Positions 55,680 to 64,000 of a stretch of DNA of 64,000 nt are shown here, in pieces. The notes under the pieces are model-generated. The model ran no database searches. It saw only the letters and a program-made list of their open reading frames with translations, and had not been told where the DNA came from. Position 1 is the stretch's first letter, and the number at the start of each line of letters is the position of its first letter. The position numbers and the translations under genes were made by a program. The DNA comes from the human T2T-CHM13v2.0 reference genome, Homo sapiens: NCBI RefSeq assembly GCF_009914755.1, contig NC_060927.1; one strand, given 5' to 3'.

Positions 55680-56340
55680 TTGGCTTTTAACATTTGTGAA
55701 TTTGACATCTGTGATTTTAACTACTCTAAAGCCACCCAAATATCCATGACTCATTGAGATTTGTGATTTTGTTGAAGCAATAATTAGAATCACTCATCTC
55801 GAAAGCCTGGTCAGCAGAAACAAACCACTTAGCCAGTGAGTGGGCGTAGCTCAGCATCCGCTTCTCATGTGGTGCTGTTGTTCTGTTTTATGCAATAACT
55901 CTCCTGAAGGGGTACCTAGAAGGGGATGTCTATTGTAGTACTCATTTGGCCATCAATCCATGCCCTCTGTGCACCTCAGGATCTATAATGTATCTTTTCA
56001 CTGTGATATAATTTTATCCTTGCTTCCACAATAAACACTCTAATAAAATGCTATCCTGTGACTCAGAAAGTTGGAACATTTGAAAAATAAATATAATTCC
56101 AAATGCAATTGTGTATTCACAATTAGAAAAGAAGGAAAATGGGGATCTAGTTAGAAACTAAAGTGGCGGCACAGGGAGAACCCAAAAGCTCAGTTTTTTA
56201 ATAGACCCACACTGAAGACAGCAAGAAGAGCATCAAAAGTGAATATAAAAAGAATGTCAGGCACCTGGAAAAACAGTCAAGGAAAGCAAAAGTCCAGCAG
56301 GAGTGCACTTAAAAAAATCAAACCAAGAGTAATACAAAGG
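55680..56340 (+). mobile_element. Possible old Tigger-type DNA transposon remnant
   Basis: TIR-like 'catttgtgaatttgacatctgtgattttaactact' and an A-rich stretch at 56040-56160 resembling a transposase N-terminus. Weak. Confidence 0.3.
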
Positions 56341-59300
56341 GCTTGGGCTGAAGGAAGAAGAATATAAAGTACAGGTGAGGTCTGCTGCTGCAGAAAGATT
56401 AGCAGAGTGATAGAGACAAGGCAGAACTTCCTGAATCAGGTCTTGTGATCATCTTTTCTGGTAACTGAAGATGTCCAGCATTGAAATGGGTTGCCTAGTA
56501 CAGTTGTGAGGTTTTGACCATTGCAAGAACTTCAGCAATGTCTAGAAAATTACTAGTCAGGGATGTGGTGCCACATAGCCTGGCTCTTAGATCTTCCTCT
56601 GCTCTGGTGGATGAGGATAATGAGCTCTGCAGGAAGGCCCTGAATCCCCCTCTTATACCCAGGAAGTATCCTAGGATGGACCCTACTTTCTTTTTTCCTA
56701 TTGCTTCCTCTCTTATGTATGCCTCTCTTCCTACCTCCTTTAGATTAAGGTTTTGTTTGGCTCTAAGCTTTAGTTTCACTATGGGATATGATTTTTTCAG
56801 AGATCTCCTGGGTCTGTTTTACTCACCCAGAGTAAAACCACTCATCTAGGAGAAGAATTAGCATATATGTTATCATAAATCTAATGACCAAATGAAGGAA
56901 TATCATTTTTTTCTTTATGTCAACGGGCATATTTTTCTTTTCTATTTGATGAGCTTTCACTGTAAGTAGGCCAAATTGCCCTTGTAGATAGGTTCATATA
57001 ATTGGAAGACTATGACTTTATAGTATTTGGAGAAAGCAGACACACCTTCCCAATAAGGGCTTGGGAGAGAAGGTGACTACAGAAATGGCAATAAAAAGGG
57101 GAAAATGTTATTTTTCTGTTGTCCCTCTCTCTTTATACTGGAGTAAGTTTCTTCTTGTTAGCAAGAAGGCATGCGGCTTGGTCTCCACCTCCCCGGTGGC
57201 AGGTCTTCAAAGACCAGAAAGGACTCTAAGGTTTGACCACAGCAGTATGTTGTGGCTGCTTTCAGGAGTCCTGCTGCTGCTGCTGTGACATTTCTCGTTG
57301 GCTTTACAGATTAGGCTGGAAATGTAAAGTAGAAATGGGCTGTTAGCTAAATGTAGCCACAGATACTGCCTGCCCAGCTCTTGGCTACTTTAATAGGAAT
57401 TGCTGCTTGATCACAGGAGCATAATTAATGTGCCTCTCTTCCCAGTTGGCATGTTGCCTTTAAATAATTGGCTGAATATTTCCCTCTACAATTCTCAATT
57501 TCCTTGTCAGAAAATAATGAAATTCTTAAAATATATCGGAGTGATCATAATAGGTTACTTATTATGTGTATACTTTCAAGATACAGAGGAGTATTGCTGA
57601 AACCTCACATTGGAAAGGCGAGGTAGAAGGAAAGATAGCAGTTTTTTCTTGGCCTGAAAAGATATTTCTAGGGCATGGCATTCCATAGAATATGCTGAAT
57701 GGACAGTCTTGTGAAACTCAAAGTCAAACAGTGAAGTTCTACTCTACTGAGCTGGCATTGTGAGTAATCTGTTAATCTCTGCCTGGTATCTTTAACTCTT
57801 TCTCTGTTTTTGAGCCTCTGCTAACATCTACTTCTTGGATTCTGTTTATTTCTCTTTCTCTTTCTCCTTCTGTATTCTGTAACTTAGCATCTGCACTTCA
57901 GTTTGTCTCTCTTCCATTCATTTTCACACTGGTCCCTTTTCCTCTGTCTTCTCTGTGCATATACCCACCTTCTCTGTGTCCATACTCTCCCCAGGCATTG
58001 ACACGCCATGTTGATATCTTTTGCCACACACCTACGCCCATATACTTCCTGCACATGATGACTTCCATTGTGCCTTTGTTGGTCCTTGTGTCCCAGTGCT
58101 GACTCAGTGTGGCTCCCTCTATAATTCTGTGTTGGTGTCCACTTGGATCAATGCTATCCGAGGCTGACATGTAAACAAAGCACCACTCAAAGTTGATCCC
58201 ATAGAGCATAAAACATGGAAAAAGATCTGGGGAAAGAGAGGCAATGCTATGTGACTCCAAACTCAGTAACAATGACTCTTTACCCTCAGTGTTCTTCATG
58301 AGTTACTTGGCACAGGAAGTCTTTTTAATGAGCTCTGAGTTCTTCCCCCACATTAAATGTCTCAGTTCAGAAACTGTTAGTTTTTGTTTTCTGCTTTCTA
58401 TTATTTGTACAATGATCTAAATGTTTTAACTTCCATTTGCATGACTTTCCAATTTGTTCTGGTATTTATCTTCCAACTTAAAACTTTCCCCAGGGAGAGT
58501 TAGTTCCCTTTTTTCTGTTCCACCAAAGCAATTTGTTCATATTTTTATTGTGTCACTTTCTCATGTTTTATTATAATTACATGTTTACATATACCACTTT
58601 CTTTCAATTTTCTATTCTATTTTCTTTTGGTCAATGCCCAGAAGACTATACAGTCACAAAAGAACTGACTTCTTTAAATGTGTGGTAGAATGTGGTCACC
58701 ACTGTCCTCCAGAAGCCCCTAAATTGATGGAAATAGAAAATTCCTAGTTCCTGCAGTGCAGGTTTAGACTTTTTTTTTAAAGCTGCACAATCTGAAATAA
58801 AGGAATCACGTAAGCAAGACTTTTGTGCCCAGAACCCTTGCAATGAGTCTGTATAATGCTCCTTGCCAAGAAGCATAATTACTGCCCTACGTGGAAGCAT
58901 CAGTTATTTCTAGGCGCTTATGTGGCCCTTCCTATAGGGCAGTAGATAAAATCTTTGGAGACTCTTGTTTTGGATACTTTGATCTGTTGGTTCCTTTCCC
59001 CATGCTGACTGCTGGCCAACACATCACTCTAATGTAGGAGGGTCCTCAGGAGCTTTGTCCCCTGGGAAACAGAAAGGGTCCTCAGGTAGCTTTGTTCTCT
59101 CTGATACAACCCTTTGTCTCCATAGTTCTCATATCATTTTGATTTTTGAGAAAGCTTGGGCATAGAACTGGTTAATGTCCGTGAGTTTTATCCCCTTATT
59201 TCCTCAAATCTAGGCTTTATCTTTTTAGACCTGGTCTAGAATAAAATTTAATAAATGAATTTGCCATAAAATCAGTTTGGTGTTTTAATTTTTATTATAC

Positions 59301-60129
59301 TCACAGGTTCTGCCCACATTCAAGGGTAGATGATTCTTATATGGGTAGTATGCACCAGAGGGTGAAAATCCATTCTCATCAATTTTTAAAGTATTTTTGT
59401 TTGAGACTAAAGTTGGTAATATTTTGCATGGCCTCTTCAACCAATACAAATATATTGATCCATACTTACTGCTGTATTAATGTACAAAATATAATTCCTT
59501 CACTTAAGGAGTTAATCATAATCATGTTAGAAAGAAAGAACATTAGATAGGAAGAGGGGAGTTAAGGTAATCTATATGAGCTGTATGAAGCATATGCAAA
59601 TACTGTAAAACATAGTATGTTAGAGGAATTAGCAGTCTGGAATAGTATAGACAACTTCGTGGGGAAAGGGGATATAAATGAGGGACAGAAGCAAACATTG
59701 ACCTGTGTAGAATTTTTATTCCTCCACTGGTTACTGACTTTAGGTACTCAGGAAATAGAGCACAAAACAGGAAGAATGACAGACAAAATAATTGAATTCA
59801 TGTGGTCAAGGGTGCCATTTACAAGACAGTCACGGTGGAGAGCACAGGTGTTGAGGGAGAGATCTGTAGGCAGTATGGGGAGAGCTGCTGTCCGAGGTTC
59901 TGAACTACAGTTGGTTAGTTCTCCTGTCCTTGCCTATTTGTCCAAACTCTCAGGAATGCTGAACCAGGTTTGGGCAGAGGTGTTGATAGGAGAAATGGGA
60001 GAAAGGGAAAGAAGATAGGGAGCAGGGAGTAAGAGATTTTTTTTCCAGTGAAATAACCACTAAGAGCTATGACAGTTTGCAAATAATTGCAAAGATGGGG
60101 GGGAAAGCCATAAGTAATCTCAGACTAAA

Positions 60130-60711
60130 TGTTAGATAACTCTTATCAATTTTCCATCACTGCATAACAAACTTCCACAAACTGGGTGGCTTAAAACAAC
60201 ACAAATTTGTTATCATAGTTTTCATAAGTCAGGAATGTAGGCACAGGTTAGCTGGGTCTTTTTTCAGGGTCTCATAAGGTATAAACCAATGTGTTAACTG
60301 AATTCCTTTCCTTCCTAGAGCCTGGAGTCTTCTATCAAGCTCAGGCAGTTGTTGTCAGAACTCTGTTCTTGTAGTTTAGGACTGAGGTCCCCACACTCCT
60401 GCTGGCTACTAGCCAGGGACCACTCTCAGATCATAGGGGCTGCCCACAGTTCCTTGTCACATGGGTCTCCAAATCTTTATAACTTTAAGAAGGATCTAGT
60501 CATCTTTAGGAGCTCACTTAATTGAGTTAGGTCCACCCAAACAATCTTCTTTTTTATTAAGTTGAAGTCAACTGATTAGTAACCTAATCATAGAAGTGAT
60601 ATTCCATTATATTGACAGGTTCTGCCTCCACTCAAGGGGAAGGAATTATATAGGTTGTGCACATTAAGGAGTAGAATCTTGGGGGGTCATTTTAGAATTC
60701 TGTCTACTACA
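60130..60711 (-). mobile_element. MLT1E-like LTR
   Basis: 'tgcataacaaacttccacaaactgggtggcttaaaacaacac...ggactgaggtcccc...ttagaattctgtctactaca'. Confidence 0.88.
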
Positions 60712-63229
60712 ATGAGCAAAGGAAAAAGAAACTTGTGTAAGAACTTCCATATTAAAATTATTTTGGTTGCAAGTGGCTAGGTCAATCATAAATAACAAGT
60801 TAAAAAGGAACTCATTGGACATATGCTAGACTATCTTGTAGATTCCCAGGAAGAGTTGAAACACTAGCCTTTGGGAAGAGTAAATTCTGGGGAAACTCTA
60901 GAGACTTCAGTTAATAGAACATTTTTCCACAGCACCAATGCTTGACTTAAAATAATTTGTGTCTCTCAGTTCAAAAATATAAATTTTTCTGAGACAGAAT
61001 TTAGGAATAGGTATCCACCTTGAATCAATCAAATACAACTGAGGGAAGACTCTCATACTATAGACATAGCTTATGGATCCATGCCTGTATATTGATTCTA
61101 GTTATCAGAAAAATTGTTATTATTGTGAAATTTCCAGCTACCCTAAGATGAGTCTATGTCACAAGTGAGGCAGAATGATGTGATGTTGGCAAGTATCAAC
61201 AATTGTATATAGACAGCATGAGAAATATCTTCGAGGTGGAAACAGTGATTAAAGCGTTATTGTCAGTTGTTAAATTAACATACTAAAAATTTTGCATTTT
61301 ATTTTTTTCTATTTTCACTAGCTTTCTTCAAATTTTTAATTAATATATCTATTTTATTTTTATTTTGCATTTCCAATACCCCCATTTAAATACATTTAAC
61401 CACAACTTATATGGTTTTATTTACTTTCAATAGATTTAACATGTTTCCAATAATAGGATACTTACCCTTCCCACTTTGGAAATTTGGATGTAGGGAGGAG
61501 ATATTCCCTGTTCTCCAAGTACTCTTATACTATGCCACACTTGTGAGATGGATAAAAATTGATAAGCCAGGAAAAAGTAATTTGGAAAAAGTTTTGGCAT
61601 TTTGTGTTAATTATACCTGTCATTGGAACACCCTCTCTGCCATCATACTTTAGCTGTTTGACACAGGGGGATTTGACATGACAGTTTCTGATGTTAATAA
61701 ACAATACTGAAAAATTATATTTGTTGTGCTTTTGCTGAAGCATGGATTTGAGTCATGTGTACTGAGAGATTTAAGGGTAGTGGTGAGACACTGTTGGTAA
61801 GTGAGCATAGCTGACCACACAGATTGTGAAAGCTTTAAACATTCATTATGTCGTTACTTCTGTTACTGTTACTTAATGCTGTTGTAGATTTTATAAGGTA
61901 GGAGGAATTAATTGCAATAGTGATATTCACCTTGATTCATTAAAGTCCCAGAATGTATTTATTTTATGATATAATGGCTTCATGTATAGTTTAACATTCA
62001 TATAATAGTTAGATTATAATGTACTTTTCTATACATGATCTCTCTTGATTCTCACCATAATGCTTTGAAGCATTCAGATAAACCTTGTTCAGAGAAAAGA
62101 ACTCAAAGGAGGTTCAAACAGAATGTATCAGATTCTGGAGCAGAATTCTTGTCTTTTTGACTTCTACTCCTGCATCTTTTTCCCACAAGAATAAAAAAAA
62201 ATGATGCCTTTGTATCTGTCTGAAGTGTGACTGCTGAGGAAAATAACAAAAGCCCATATTAACATACCTGTGAGTCTCAATAAATATTCATTGTGATGTT
62301 TAGCCCATTTTTTTCTCAATTGGGAGTCCATAGATCTCTCAGTTAAATGTGGAATAATCCTAGTAATGTTCTTTCTCTGTGGGCTTTGTTCTATAGACTT
62401 TGAAGCACAACCAAAATAGACTCATCCATTATAATTATTTTTACTTTTATTTCCAATATGGGCATCAGGGAGAAAAGATACTGAGCAGTAGAAGAGAAGT
62501 GATGAAGAGCTAGTGACAGGTTGGGCCTTAGGGGAATCCCTGGGGGTCCTACAATGCAAGACACCAGCCTTAATTAATAGAGAAGTGAATGGTATACAAT
62601 TGTACACATATTTTGATTATATCTTCTGCTCCTTTGTTAAGTTAAACAAAAAATACTGGACATGAGTATGTGTGTGTGGGAGTGGTGTTGGTGACAAGGA
62701 GGGGTGGAAAGGTCAATGGTACATAACTGTTCCTATAGTCCTTGTTTAGCCTTGAACAATCTTATGAGCTAGTGGTTAGTCTGTTGACTCACAACCATGT
62801 TCTTCTTCTAGTTGGTTGATGGGGCAGGGGTTGTCTTCTGTAAGTGAGAAACAAATGAAATATGAATGCAGTGCCTCCATTTTGTATAGTTTATAGATAC
62901 AGTAATGACTACTTAAACATAATGTTGCCCTAGGGCTCTGTGTGCTCCTGAAAGTCCATTGTGTTTAAGATGTATATAAAGCCTTAAGGCAATATTGCAC
63001 CATCAGAGAAAAGATTTTTGCCCAGGCAATAAACGTATTGCTTTAGTGTCCTTCCACATTGTCAAATCCTTTGTATTAATATCCTTTCCCACACTTCTGT
63101 CTTTGCCACCTGTGATGTAGGTTTTAAAGAAAAGGCCTCCCATCTTGAGATGATTTTGTGATTTAGTGAAACTGTATCTTTGGTGCTTTACTTGCGCTCT
63201 TTTTAGTGTTTAGTATTTTAGTTTTTGGA

Positions 63230-63418
63230 TTTCCTTCTCTTCTCTTCTCTTCTCTTCTCTTTCTTTCTTTCTTTTTCTTTCTTTCTTCTTCTCTTTTCTT
63301 TCTTTTTCTCTTTCTTTCTTTCTCTCTTTCTTTCTTTCTCCTTTTTCTTTCTTCTTTCTTTCTCTCTCCTTCCTTCCTTCTTCCTTTTCTTTTCTTTTCT
63401 CCTTCCTTCCTTCCTTTC
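63230..63418. repeat. 189-bp pure polypyrimidine/polypurine tract (TTCTC, TTTC and TTCC units)
   Basis: No A or G on the + strand from 63230 to 63418. Confidence 0.97.
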
Positions 63419-64000
63419 AGCACAACCATTTTTCCAAGGTCTATTGAAAAGAAAGATTATTTTATAAATGAAATCACAATTAAATTGTGGTGATTTGGGG
63501 TGAGTTTTCGTTGGAAATTGAAAGTTTAATCAACCAACTGTTCTTGAACACTGGGTTATCCTTTCATAGATGAGGAAGTGGGTTCAAAGGAGGTCAGGAA
63601 CTTAACTAATTAGTAAAGGATGTTAGTGAGATTTATCTTGCTCACAATTCTGATCTGACTTCATTTCTTGGTAATGCTTGTCATTGAGAAAATAATTTTT
63701 ATAGACAGAAATTCTAATAATGGACTTTATGGAACTCTAATAGATGAGGGTTGAGAGGTCTTGAAAAGAACTCTCAGATTGGATTGTGTTTACTTATTAT
63801 GTTCAAGGAAACCCCTACTGCGCAGAACAAGCTTTGGTAATAAGCAAATCCTGCTTCTCTCCCTTCATTAGGGAGGGCTCATTGAGGAAAAAACAAAGTA
63901 GCAGTGAGCTAGAGGTACAGAAGCACCTCTACTATGCAGTCTTGAAGTCTTTTGTTTTCTCCCTGCACTCATATGTCCTCTGGATCTAAACTTACCACAG

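Noticed and set aside
56495-56849. Overlapping 94 aa (-) and 111 aa (+) ORFs in unique-looking DNA
   Set aside because: They have non-ATG starts and no recognisable domain or splice support.
57898-60018. 133-aa ORFs at 57898-58299 (-) and 59617-60018 (+)
   Set aside because: No recognisable homology, and these lengths are compatible with chance.
63163-63493. K/R/E-rich and F/L/S-rich ORFs
   Set aside because: They are translations of the CT low-complexity tract.

Overview
Repeat-rich human non-coding DNA; the species call rests on an AluYb8-type element at 7987-8159. I found no convincing exon of an intact cellular protein-coding gene, and almost all ORFs in the track are Alu, L1 or low-complexity artefacts. 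Main contents: a processed pseudogene of EIF4E2/4EHP (13573-14540, +); a full-length but disabled L1PA3 of the long 5'UTR type (46428-52605, -) nested in an L1MB that itself splits an L2; a near full-length ancient L1M (about 33340-40910, +) carrying Alus and two related LTRs; and many Alu, MaLR/ERVL LTR, MIR, L2, CR1/L3, RTE-like and Tigger fossils. The most interesting signals are: (1) a tiny TSD-flanked L1 3' transduction at 3807-3971; (2) a monomeric left-arm/right-arm AluYb8 chimera without TSDs, suggesting a human-specific deletion; (3) two RFX X-boxes flanking an AP-1 site at 6638-6692; (4) a possible polyadenylated-RNA/L1MA2 chimera at about 13155; (5) a decayed retroviral-type pol at about 26.6-27.9 kb. 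Subfamily names were assigned by eye from remembered consensus diagnostics, and boundaries of old repeats are approximate.
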